From Callorhinchus milii (Eukaryota), in NCBI RefSeq assembly GCF_018977255.1, contig NW_024705395.1:1-48525 (forward strand): a stretch of 48,525 bases of DNA. The letters run 5' to 3'. Positions 1 to 8,748 of the stretch are shown piece by piece. The number at the start of each line of letters is the position of its first letter. Position 1 is the stretch's first letter. Below the pieces are notes generated by a model, which was given only the letters and a program-made list of their open reading frames with translations, was not told the origin of the DNA and did no database searches. The position numbers and the translations under genes are program-made.

Positions 1-322
1 TGTAGAAAAATCCACGCGACCACAGGGAGAGTCGGAGATACGCAAATTTCAAATATACAGCCGCAGGCGTCAGGTTCAGGATCGAACCCACGACCTCTTG
101 TATACCAGCCCATGGAGACAACATCTCACCACCGAAGTACTGTACCCGAGCTCGATTCCCGACCACGGCCACCATCAGCAAATATCTGAACTGGTCATAA
201 GCCTCCCCCTAGTTTTACTCATCCCCAATTAGTATGTGGAATGGTGTGTAAATGTCAACACTGGTAGGGAGACAAAGGCGACCGGGCGTGGTCATCACAC
301 CCAGACCCTTCTGGCGCGGAAA

Positions 323-378
323 TCGATTGAAGCAACTGAATCGATTGAAGCAACTGAGTCGATTGAAGCAACTGAGTC
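323..378 (+). repeat. 18-bp minisatellite (TCGATTGAAGCAACTGAA/G) x~3; also at ~878-935 and mirrored in the right arm
   Basis: Directly visible; translates as the SIEATE repeats in the ORF track. It flanks the PLE pLTR on both sides. Confidence 0.85.
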
Positions 379-486
379 GTATTTTCGATTTAAAGCTTTC
401 GTGACTGCAGGGATTCATCTTCTTGGTTTTTTCGGTAAAGTTACGTAGAAGGGAAGTAATAAAATAATAAAAATAAACATAAAATA

Positions 487-538
487 ATTCTCACGACGTT
501 TCGGCTAGAACGCAAGCAGCCGTCTTCAGGTGAAGAAT
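487..538 (-). ncRNA. Minimal type I hammerhead ribozyme of a Penelope-like element
   Basis: Mirror image of the motif at 3156-3207. Confidence 0.8.
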
Positions 539-944
539 GAGACACTGCCAAGCTAGGAGCTTATATATAAGCTGAGTTGGAGGTGGAAGAAGAGCGCCTT
601 AACAAAAGAATGTGCATATCAAGAGGAATTTAGCATAGTCATGGAAAATGCATAGGAGGTGGCGGGGGGTTTCAAAGTCATATTATGCCCATGCATTATG
701 CAGGATCAGCAGCACCAAAGGGAGAGGGCAGGGGGTAGCATTAACAAAGGGAGGGATGTTAATAGTATGTAGAAGCAATGAAACATGTGAATGGGAGAAC
801 GGTGGCAGGAGACCCGCAGCGGAGCAAATAATGCATTCCCTGTGGAGAACACAAGATACACAGTTAATGCCAGTGAGTCGATTGAAGCAACTGAATCGAT
901 TAAAGCAACTGAGTCGATTGATGCAACAGAATCGACGGCTTGTG

Positions 945-1109
945 CACCAGATCTTATTTATTCATGATGTACTTAGAAAAAAATCCGCAGATTACCTGTT
1001 GGATCTCCTCTCTGTTTCAAAGAACAAATTTGACCTAAGGTCTTCGCTCATTTACCAGCTTCACATTCCCTATTGCCGTACAAATACTGGAGGAAGGGCA
1101 TTTGCTATT
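945..1109 (+). mobile_element. LINE (L2/CR1-group-like) ORF2 C-terminal remnant, 5' part
   Basis: Translates HQILFIHDVLRKKSADYLLDLLS...LRSSLIYQLHIPYCRTNTGGRAFAI, resembling the LRS..L.VP..RT..G.RAFS..AP..WN.L tail of L2-group ORF2. It resumes at ~1986 as AFAIDAPRV*NAI. Confidence 0.6.
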
Positions 1110-1222
1110 AATTCTAGATTTGAAGCTTTCGTGACTGCAAGGATTCATACTCTTAGGTTCTTTCGGTAAAGTCACGTAGGTAAAAGTAATTATAAAATAA
1201 AATAATAATAAATGAAAATAAC

Positions 1223-1457
1223 TAAAATGCACGGCAGCTAAAGTTTAAACTTGGTTAATTACATCCTTCTTCAGGTGGGGACTGCGAAGCGTAAACACAA
1301 CAGCTTAAGTGTGTCTAAGAGGTGGCTTTGACGAGGAGTTAAATATTTTTTTACATGGTTATTAACATCTTTCCAATGATTGCTCAATTCGTACCCATCA
1401 TCACGGTTGAAGTTATGTCTATAAACCAAGTTTAAACTTTAGCTGCCGTGCATTTTA
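1223..1457. repeat. Perfect 34-bp inverted repeat (1223-1256 / 1424-1457) around a PLE fragment
   Basis: TAAAATGCACGGCAGCTAAAGTTTAAACTTGGTT and its exact reverse complement. Confidence 0.85.
1262..1417 (-). pseudogene. C-terminal tail of a Penelope/Poseidon-type ORF (end of the GIY-YIG domain) followed by a truncated hammerhead start
   Basis: The minus strand of 1417-1373 reads HNFNRDDGYELSNHW, matching the PLE terminal motif N.NRD.G..L...W. Downstream is CCTGAAGAAGG, the 5' half of a hammerhead core. Confidence 0.6.
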
Positions 1458-1610
1458 CTGCTAAACAGCCAGTTTATATTTACTCTCATAATCATATCCA
1501 TATTGATTCTTTTAATTTTACAGTCATATCCAGCCTGATACACTACCATCACTAAGGAAAAAGTCTGATTTACAACAGTGTTTCATTCCCATTCGCCATT
1601 CAGCATCCAG

Positions 1611-1682
1611 GCACCGTACATGCATTGTACAAGCACCGTACATGCAGTGTACAAGCACCGTACATGCAGTGTACAAGCACCG
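1611..1682 (+). repeat. 22-bp minisatellite GCACCGTACATGCA(G/T)TGTACAA x~3
   Basis: Directly visible. Confidence 0.85.
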
Positions 1683-1792
1683 AGATGGTTATCTCCCCCC
1701 CCCCACTCATTGGCTCCTCCCTGCCCAGCACCCTATATAAAACACGTCTTGAATAGCTTTCTTCACACGCTACAGTAATTTTACTGGAGCAG

Positions 1793-1838
1793 TTACACCT
1801 GATGACGGAGGCTTGTGTTGCTTCCGAAACGTCGTGAT
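1793..1838 (+). ncRNA. Minimal type I hammerhead ribozyme (second PLE subfamily)
   Basis: CAC-CTGATGA-C-GGAGGC ttgtgtt GCTTCC-GAAA-CGTC-GTG: canonical core, 6-bp helix II, short helix I. TATATAAAA lies upstream at ~1734. Confidence 0.75.
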
Positions 1839-1985
1839 TTAAATTTCGATTTAAAGCTTTCGTGACTGCAGGGATTCCTCTTCTTGGTTTTACCGAAAGA
1901 ACCAAGTCGTGATTTAATTTAGTTATTTCATTTATTATTATTTTATAATTTTTTACCTACGTGACTTTACCGAAAGAACCTAAGA

Positions 1986-2090
1986 GCCTTTGCTATTGAT
2001 GCCCCTAGGGTCTAGAATGCTATTGCCAATAAACTGCAACTTGAATCACTACCTGTGAGATCTTCACTCAACTACTATAGAGGAGTTGTG
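1986..2090 (+). mobile_element. LINE remnant, 3' continuation after the PLE insertion
   Basis: AFAIDAPRV*NAIANKLQLESLP continues the peptide broken at 1109. Confidence 0.55.
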
Positions 2091-2779
2091 ATAATTGGTT
2101 CTTTACCCTTCTATCTGGCAACAAAACTGACACCTTTTTGCAAGGAGTCATGTTTGCATAGACCGCAATACCTGCAGTCATAAATACAAACAAAAGACAT
2201 AACTCTGATAATGTGCACTGTCCTTGAAGTTGATTGGTCCACACCCGAGACAGCTTTCCTTCGAGCCTAGTCTCATATGGGTTGGACCAGATGACGCCAA
2301 AAGGCGCACAACTCAAGGACAATGCACCATCAGAGTATGAGAGCTCGGGGCAAGCATCTACACTATGGGGACCTCATTTGCCAGTAAAAAATATGATAAT
2401 TGGTTCTTTACCCTTCTATCTGGCAACAAAACTGACACCTTTTTGCAAGGAGTCATGTTTGCATAGACCGCAATACCTGCAGTCATAATACAAACAAAAG
2501 ACATAACTCTGATAATGTGCACTGTCCTTGAAGTTGATTGGTCCACACCCGAGACAGCTTTCCTTCGAGCCTAGTCTCATATGGGTTGGACCAGATGACG
2601 CCAAAAGGCGCACAACTCAAGGACAATGCACCATCAGAGTATGAGAGCTCGGGGCAAGCATCTACACTATGGGGACCTCATTTGCCAGTAAAAATATGAT
2701 AATTGGTTCTTTACCCTTCTATCTGGCAACAAAACTGACACCTTTTTGCAAGGAGTCATGTTTGCATAGACCGCAATAC
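2089..2779. repeat. ~305-bp tandem repeat, 2.3 copies, strongly self-complementary
   Basis: TGATAATTGGTTCTTTACCC starts at 2089, 2394 and 2697. Copies are near-identical and the third ends at the inverted-repeat arm. Confidence 0.95.
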
Positions 2780-2918
2780 TCAGTTGCTTTAATCGATTCA
2801 GTTGCTTCAATCGACTCACTGGCATTAACTGTGTATCTTGTGTTCTCCACAGGGAATGCATTATTTGCTCCGCTGCGGGTCTCCTGCCACCGTTCTCCCA
2901 TTCACATGTTTCATTGCT

Positions 2919-3311
2919 TCTACATACTATTAACATCCCTCCCTTTGTTAATGCTACCCCCTGCCCCCTCCCTTTGGTGCTGCTGATCCTGCATAATGCA
3001 TGGGCATAATATGACTTTGAAACCCCCCCGCCCACCTCCTATGCATTTTCCATGACTATGCTAAATTCCTCTTGATATGCACATTCTTTTGTTAAGGCGC
3101 TCTTCTTCCACCTCCAACTCAGCTTATATATAAGCTCCTAGCTTGGCAGTGTCTCATTCTTCACCTGAAGACGGCTGCTTGCGTTCTAGCCGAAACGTCG
3201 TGAGAATTATTTTATGTTTATTTTTATTATTTTATTACTTCCCTTCTACGTAACTTTACCGAAAAAACCAAGAAGATGAATCCCTGCAGTCACGAAAGCT
3301 TTAAATCGAAA
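2919..3311 (+). mobile_element. Penelope-like pseudo-LTR (TATA-like box, hammerhead, AT-rich linker, conserved 3' motif); mirrored at ~383-775
   Basis: TATATATAAG at ~3125, hammerhead at 3156-3207, then CTACGT(A/G)ACTTTACCGAAA...CTGCAGTCACGAAAGCTTTAAATCG. Homologous to 18651-19043. Confidence 0.75.
3156..3207 (+). ncRNA. Minimal type I hammerhead ribozyme
   Basis: ATTCTTCAC-CTGAAGA-C-GGCT...AGCC-GAAA-CGTC-GTGAGAAT. CUGANGA and GAAA cores, helix I and II pairing, and the minimal GAAACGUC helix III typical of PLE hammerheads. Confidence 0.85.
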
Positions 3312-3544
3312 ATACGACTCAGTTGCTTCAATCGACTCAGTTGCTTCAATCGATTCAGTTGCTTCAATCGATTTCCGCGCCAGAAGGGTCTGGGTGTGAT
3401 GACCACGCCCGGTCGCCTTTGTCTCCCTACCAGTGTTGACATTTACACACCATTCCACATACTAATTGGGGATGAGTAAAACTAGGGGGAGGCTTATGAC
3501 CAGTTCAGATATTTGCTGATGGTGGCCGTGGTCGGGAATCGAGC

Positions 3545-3716
3545 TCGGGTACAGTACTTCGGTGGTGAGATGTTGTCTCCATGGGCTGGTATACAAGAGG
3601 TCGTGGGTTCGATCCTGAACCTGACGCCTGCGGCTGTATATTTGAAATTTGCGTATCTCCGACTCTCCCTGTGGTCGCGTGGATTTTTCTACAGGTACTC
3701 CTGTTTTCCCTGCACA
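3545..3716 (+). mobile_element. tRNA-derived V-SINE, 3'-truncated; mirrored on the minus strand at ~1-150
   Basis: B-box GGGTTCGATCC (~3605-3615) followed by TTTGCGTAT...CTCCCTGTGGTCGCGTGGATTTTTCTACAGGTACTCCTGTTTTCCCTGCACA, resembling the V-SINE core TTTGCATGTTCTCCCCGTGTCTGCGTGGGTTTCCTCCGGGTGCTCCGGTTTCCTCCCACA. Confidence 0.65.
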
Positions 3717-3717
3717 T

Positions 3718-4304
3718 TTACTACTATAATGAGCCAATAATGTCTGTGTGTCCCGCGCGTGACGTCACTCCAAGTTAGCCAGTCCCCCTCATTAATAATC
3801 ATGAACAGATGACGTCCTCCACATGAACCCCCCCCCCTCATTAATAATGATAAGGTGACATCACTCCACATGTAGCACCCCACCATTAATAATCATGAGC
3901 AGGTGACGTCACTCCACATCGAACTGCCCCCTCAATAATCATGAAGAGGTTACGTCTTCAAAATGAACACCCCCCCCCCCATGAATAATTCGCGGTGACG
4001 TCACTCCACATGGGGGTGGGGGGGCGAGGCGCCTCCTCCCCCCTCCTCAGCGTCAATTTCAAACCCTCACTACAAAGGCAGAACCCTCACGTCACGCAAT
4101 CTCCGTCACGCTGTTAAGACATAGAAGTAAAAAGGACGTCATGATGAAAAAGGGATTATAACCTTTAAATGAAATAAGTCTGTCACCGCTGCCTTACAAA
4201 TTGCACACAAATTAATGCAATGAATATCACGTCGCAGTCTGCTTTTCACTTGCTAGTTTCAGATTTACTGAAATACACCCGTCCTTGGACGGGCAAAAGG
4301 CTAG
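3718..4304 (+). mobile_element. Non-autonomous Helitron-like element with internal minisatellite
   Basis: Subterminal hairpin CCCGTCC-TT-GGACGGG (4278-4293) followed by CTAG|T (4301-4304). 5' end TACTACTATAATGAGCC. Internal ~55-60-bp repeats GTGACGTCACTCCACATG...CCCCTCATTAATAATCATGA. Confidence 0.65.
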
Positions 4305-4305
4305 T

Positions 4306-4600
4306 TACTAACATAATAAGCCAAGAATGTGTGCGTGTGTGTCCCATGTGTGACGTCACTCCACATGAGGCCCTTCCCTCAATAGTAATCATGAGCGGGT
4401 GACGTCACTCTACATGCCAAACCCCTCCCCAATAACCATTAGCGGGTGACGTCACTCCACATGGGGCAACCCCCCCCCCCCTCATTAATAATCATGAGCT
4501 GAACAATTTATTGAATATTTCTGATTTACTTCAATAAATGTCCACATCATGATAAGTGCTGTCACTCTCCTCTCGCGAATCCTAACGAGGGGGACAGGTT
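4306..4600 (+). mobile_element. Second, partial head-to-tail copy of the Helitron-like element
   Basis: TACTAACATAATAAGCCAAGAATGTGTG... repeats the 5' end seen at 3719, followed by the same GTGACGTCACTC minisatellite. The 3' limit is uncertain. Confidence 0.5.
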
Positions 4601-5089
4601 AGCTAAATCTAAACTACAAAAGGCATTTTTTGTCTGTCTGTGTGGTCGACACTTGCGAGGGATTTGGCTCACGAACCGTGGGATTTAGGTTTAAAAAAAG
4701 CACCCAGGTAGCACGCCAAAAGCCCCGTGGTGAGCCAGCGCTATTCCGATTTCACGTCCATCGCCTTTAAAGTAGTTTAATTATCAATTTAGTGCTATTT
4801 TTGGTTATTTATTTATTACGTCACACCTCCGTGCACCCTAAAGCACCTGTGGTGCCACAGCAACGGAGCAACTCCGCCGGCACTGCTATCCCCTCGCACC
4901 CCGCCACACGAATGCACGCACACCCCCACTAAACACATACACGCACCCACGTAGGGTCTCGTGGGGTGTCACCTGGTACCATGGGTTTTTACCCGAGGGG
5001 CCCCTAGCAGGGATGTCCACGGTTTCCCAGTGCCAGGAGATTGGCCGACCCCCCCCAGTCCGAATTGCTTTGCGGCCCCCGTGAATTAG

Positions 5090-6126
5090 CTTAGAATTGT
5101 ATGGGCACGACGAGGCTCACCGAGCAAACCGCAATGAGAACACTCACAGCACCGGGGGATAGGGCCTCGGGGCAAACACCCAGCGAACAGCGCATGAGAG
5201 GAGATGGGAGGGAAATTCCTGGACCGATTGAAATTGTGTATTCTGCGGGATGGCCACCCTGACCAAACTGGTTGGGGGGGAGGTGGGGGAGGGCGGGTGC
5301 GTAAACAATGACTGAAGGCACACCGGAGGATATCGTTCCATGTAAGGGCGGGGCATCAGTTGAAAATCGAAAGGTAGGTGCCCGATTGGCCGCGCAGGGT
5401 AGAAGGATTATTTTTGGCCTGGTATGATGTCGGATGTCACTTGTGCGCTCCGAACATGCCCCGATCGTGGCAGGAGAAAATCTCCCCGGCAACGTTACAT
5501 TCTGCCCTTGCAATCCATTTCTGTCACGCGCATCAATGAGTTGGTTTGCCCTCGAAGTTTTGGGTCTGTTTCCTGTTACACCTCGCAAGAACAAATTTCT
5601 CCTCGTGGGCGTCGAATATTTTTCTCTTTGGCCTGTGGCTTGGCCCCTACCAGATCAATCGGCGTGTCTATTGTGGACACTTTCGTAAACGGATACGTGA
5701 TGGATAAAGGGGCACCGGAGAAGTTACTCACCGATCAGGGTAGGAACTTTTCTTCCAAATAGTTGCGCGACGTTTGCGATGCCTTGGGGACCAGGAAGAT
5801 TAGTACGTCACCCTACCATCCTCAGAAGGATGGTATGGTTGAGCGACTGAATCCTACCCTGTTCGCCATGCTGTGCAAACAATCAATGAAAGGCAGGTCG
5901 ACTGGGATTTTCAGATACCTAGCATCCTCTCTGTGTACCGGATGATGCCACACGCATCCACGGGGTTCTCACCGTTTTTCCTCATGTACGGAAGGGAGAA
6001 CGTGCCACCAGTGGATGTTCAATTGGGCTGCCCAGTCATGCCTCGGAAAACGACTCTTCCAGAGTATGTCCAGGAGTCCCTTCGCCGGGTTTCCGGGGCA
6101 CAGGAAGCCGCCAAATTTAATACCTC
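5090..6126 (+). pseudogene. Degenerate Ty3/Gypsy pol remnant (mainly integrase), cut by the LTR array
   Basis: Frameshifted peptides ALEVLGLFPVTPRKNKFLLVGVEYF, GAPEKLLTDQGRNFSSK, TSPYHPQKDGMVERLN and PHASTGFSPFFLMYGRE (rve integrase core). Confidence 0.9.
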
Positions 6127-6302
6127 TGTAGTGGGTTCGAATTAGGTGCACACACACGCAGCTTGGAGGCAACACTATTTATTAAACGGTAAGTAATATA
6201 ACACTGTACATGAGGTGGTGACCACCTTCCTCAACTCACTAACACTCTGGAACACGACACAGACTGGACCAGGCAGGCCGTTGCCTGCCTGGTCCAGGAC
6301 GA
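6127..6302 (-). repeat. Terminal partial LTR (R/U5 part), fused by a ~2.5-kb deletion to the internal region
   Basis: Matches 7052-~7228, then switches at GACGACCGGAC to sequence matching ~9770 onward. Confidence 0.85.
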
Positions 6303-7036
6303 CCGGACAAACACGCTCCGCAAACCAGCGAGTAAAAAAAACACACGCGATCGCAACCCGGCACACGCAAGATGGATAAAGTTATTATTATTTTTCTTGT
6401 GGCCGGGTGCTTGTCATGTCACTACTCGCCTGGCGACTGTGAATAGCGGAGGGCGGCAAGGTGGAGCACTGGGACGCCCCGAAGAATCTCGCATGGTGAA
6501 TACGGCCTGCTCTTGCTAACCCATCCACCCTCTCGCGCTCGAGCAGAAGACGGAGGTGCCAGCCGACGTGTGGAACTCCCCCTCCGCAGGCGTTGATGTC
6601 GGCGGGAGCGGCATTTCGGCAGCAGGAGCGGCGTTTTGGCGGGAACAGCGCCCGGACCAGCCGCCGAGTTGGCAGGAGCGGCGTTTTGGCGGGAACAGCA
6701 CCCCGACCAGCCGCCGAGTTGGCGGCCCCACCGCGTGGCCCGCATGCCCGGGCATCCCCCGCCAGCCCCTGCAGTGACGACGGTGTCTTCTCCCCACGGC
6801 TCCATCGCTCTGTTCCCGATGGCGGCGAAGCAGCGGTGCGATGCCAGTCCCGCCGCTCCGCGTGCAGCGCCATCTCTCTCTCTCTGTCACCGGGGCTGCC
6901 ATCCCCGGAGCGGTCCGAAGGATGGTCGTCACACCGTCCCCGTCGTACGAAGGCGTCCAGGTGAGTTTTTTATTTGTTTTTCGTGTACCCATTTTACTTC
7001 CCTAGGATAACACCTAGCAATATTTATATTTCCACA

Positions 7037-7049
7037 ACTTCTGACACCA
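7037..7049 (-). promoter_or_regulatory. Primer-binding site, tRNA-Leu(CAA/CAG); repeated at 10503-10515 and 13964-13976
   Basis: Minus strand TGGTGTCAGAAGT lies 2 nt after the LTR end ...CACTACA. It is complementary to the vertebrate tRNA-Leu 3' end ACTTCTGACACCA. Confidence 0.85.
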
Positions 7050-7051
7050 AA

Positions 7052-7501
7052 TGTAGTGGGTTCGAATTAGGTGCACACACACGCAGCTTGGAGGCAACAC
7101 TATTTATTAAACGGTAAGTAATATAACACTGTACATGAGGTGGTGACCACCTTCCTCAACTCACTAACATTCTGGAACACGACACAGACTGGACCAGGCA
7201 GGCAATGGCCTGCCTGGTCCAGGACGACGACCCGGGACTTGAGGACCGATGATGTCTTCACTTCGGAGTACAACAGCCTCGATCTGCGTTCACACCACGC
7301 TTATATCTGCTCTGGCGTGGCCGGCTCCGCCCAGGCGTGGCTGGCTCAGTCCAGGCCACGCCTCCCTTCCCAGGCCACGCCTCCCTTCCCCCACCTCTGG
7401 GAAGGTCCGGGTCCCTCCACCACGTGACCCCCCAGGCACCCCCTTGGGGCCCCCAGCCCTCGTACGGGCCGACACAGTAGTGACCGTTCTATGTCACTAC
7501 A
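7052..7501 (-). repeat. LTR (450 bp), copy 1
   Basis: Inverted termini TGTAGTG...CACTACA, AATAAA on the minus strand (TTTATT ~7103), and a PPT (G-run on minus) at ~7505-7512. Confidence 0.9.
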
Positions 7502-8470
7502 TTACCCCCCCCTGTATAAACACCCAGCCGTCCCCGGCTGTAACACAACTGTGGAACATCGAAAAGGTGTGCCTCCGAACCAGCAACATCAATAAATGAC
7601 CGGCGACCGATAAGAAATACAATCACGTAATATATACAGAATCGACGAGGGTAAAAGGAAGGGAACCGCATAGAAACGGGGAATTAACAACAAATATACA
7701 TGAAAACTGGCTAACCCACTTACGCTCCAGCACAGCCCCCCCCGTGAGAATCACGCATGCACCGACATGTGAGTGTGGCCATTGGAACGACAGCGTAGGC
7801 AATGAGCAAGGAGTCTGAGAGGCATGTAGAGCAGCCAGTCTTCAACGAGTCCATGTGGCCGGGCCCCCCAGGGGAGGTGCACACACCCCCCTGAGGCCCT
7901 GGGGAACCAGAAACGGCCCAAAGGGCACGGCCCCTCCCCCCAGGAGTCAAGAACAGGAGGAGCAGGAGTAGCTGACGCATGCTCCACTCCCCCCCCCCAG
8001 TCCATAGCCGGTCGGCATAACCGCCGACTCCAAGGTGCCAGGTAGATACTGCCTTCTGTGACGAGAAACAAACCCTCCTGAGGCATCACTCAACGAACAC
8101 TCGCCTCCGCTCTTCGGACATGACAGTCACCCGTTAGCACCCCCCCGCCTTTCAGATGTGGCGTCTCCATCCTAAAACCGTGCACGTCGGCCATATCGGG
8201 GGGGGGGGGGGAATTTCCATGTTACCACCCACCGCCTGTCCGACGCGGCGTCACAACAAGTAGCACGCGTCGGCCATATCGGGGGGATTTTAACCCAGTC
8301 TCTCTCCAAGACTCGCACCGCAGCATATAGCTGTACCGACCGAGCTGAGACGACCCATCGTTCACTCACTGCACAACATGCACCCTAACAACTGAGGGAT
8401 ACAGTCCCAACGTAACGGGACAACTCCACCTGAACACTACGAATCTCCAGCCCACTGTTTCAACGCGCCT

Positions 8471-8748
8471 CGGAGTGTCTCACTCTCCGGGCCGTCAGGT
8501 CAAGCCGTCAGCCATAGCATGACGGGACCACACTCTCCGAGCCATGTGAGCGCACAGCCCACTAGGCTAGACATGCCACGGAGTGTTTCAATCTCCGGGC
8601 TGTCAGGTCAAGCCGTCAGCCATTGCATGACGGGACCACACTCTCCGAGCCATGTGAGCGCACAGCCCAATAGGCTAGACATGCCACGGAGTGTTTCAAT
8701 CTCCGGGCTGTCAGGTCAAGCCGTAAGCCCTAGCATGACGGGACCACA
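8471..8748. repeat. 108-bp internal tandem repeat (~2.6 copies); equivalents at ~11895-12147, ~15433-15602 and ~16527-16910
   Basis: ATCTCCGGGCTGTCAGG recurs at 8591 and 8699; 36-aa periodicity in ORF 8519..8761. Confidence 0.85.

Larger units (their letters stand above)
1..914. repeat. Left arm of a >=914-bp inverted duplication (partner 2778-3693); runs off the window start
   Basis: 1-33 is the reverse complement of 3661-3693. Identical mirrored ORFs 215..418(-)/3276..3479(+) and 236..448(+)/3246..3458(-). Inner end TAAAGCAACTGAGT(901-914) mirrors ACTCAGTTGCTTTA(2778-2791). Confidence 0.95.
1110..1987. mobile_element. Composite Penelope-like insertion into the LINE remnant, with inverted pLTR tails at its ends
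   Basis: ~1149-1227 is an inverted copy of ~1918-1987 (CTACGTGACTTTACCGAAAGAACCTAAGAG). Flanked by the direct repeat GC(A/C)TTTGCTATT at 1098-1109 and 1986-1997. Contains a hammerhead at ~1793-1838. Confidence 0.65.
2778..3693. repeat. Right arm of the inverted duplication (partner 1-914)
   Basis: Near-identical reverse complement of 1-914. Confidence 0.95.

Noticed and set aside
2247..2275. SRP RNA helix-8-like motif on the minus strand of the 305-bp unit (UAGG-CUC-GAAG-GAA-AGCU)
   Set aside because: No GNRA loop, imperfect pairing, no Alu domain and no similarity to vertebrate 7SL.
2281..2315. Hammerhead-like CAGATGA-CGCC-AAAA-GGCG-CAC in the 305-bp unit
   Set aside because: The core deviates at essential positions (CUGA to CAGA, GAAA to GCAC), so it is not called as a ribozyme.
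6625..6725. E2F-like TTTTGGCGGGAA sites in a 50-bp duplication
   Set aside because: Short motif in a GC-rich gag leader with no independent evidence of function.
6388..7010. Multiple overlapping 120-200-aa ORFs in the GC-rich part of each array unit
   Set aside because: They result from high GC and the frames differ between units; only a decayed gag leader is supportable.
7056..7067. tRNA gene or Pol III B-box at GTGGGTTCGAAT
   Set aside because: No cloverleaf or A-box. The acceptor-end match lies upstream rather than downstream and is the PBS.
7052..7501. Hammerhead in the array LTR (LTR retrozyme hypothesis)
   Set aside because: No CUGANGA...GAAA core with flanking helices found on either strand.
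8471..8748. CRISPR-like array or repeat protein (36-aa periodic ORF)
   Set aside because: Contiguous tandem repeats without unique spacers, no cas genes, eukaryotic TE context, and the ORF is antisense to the element.
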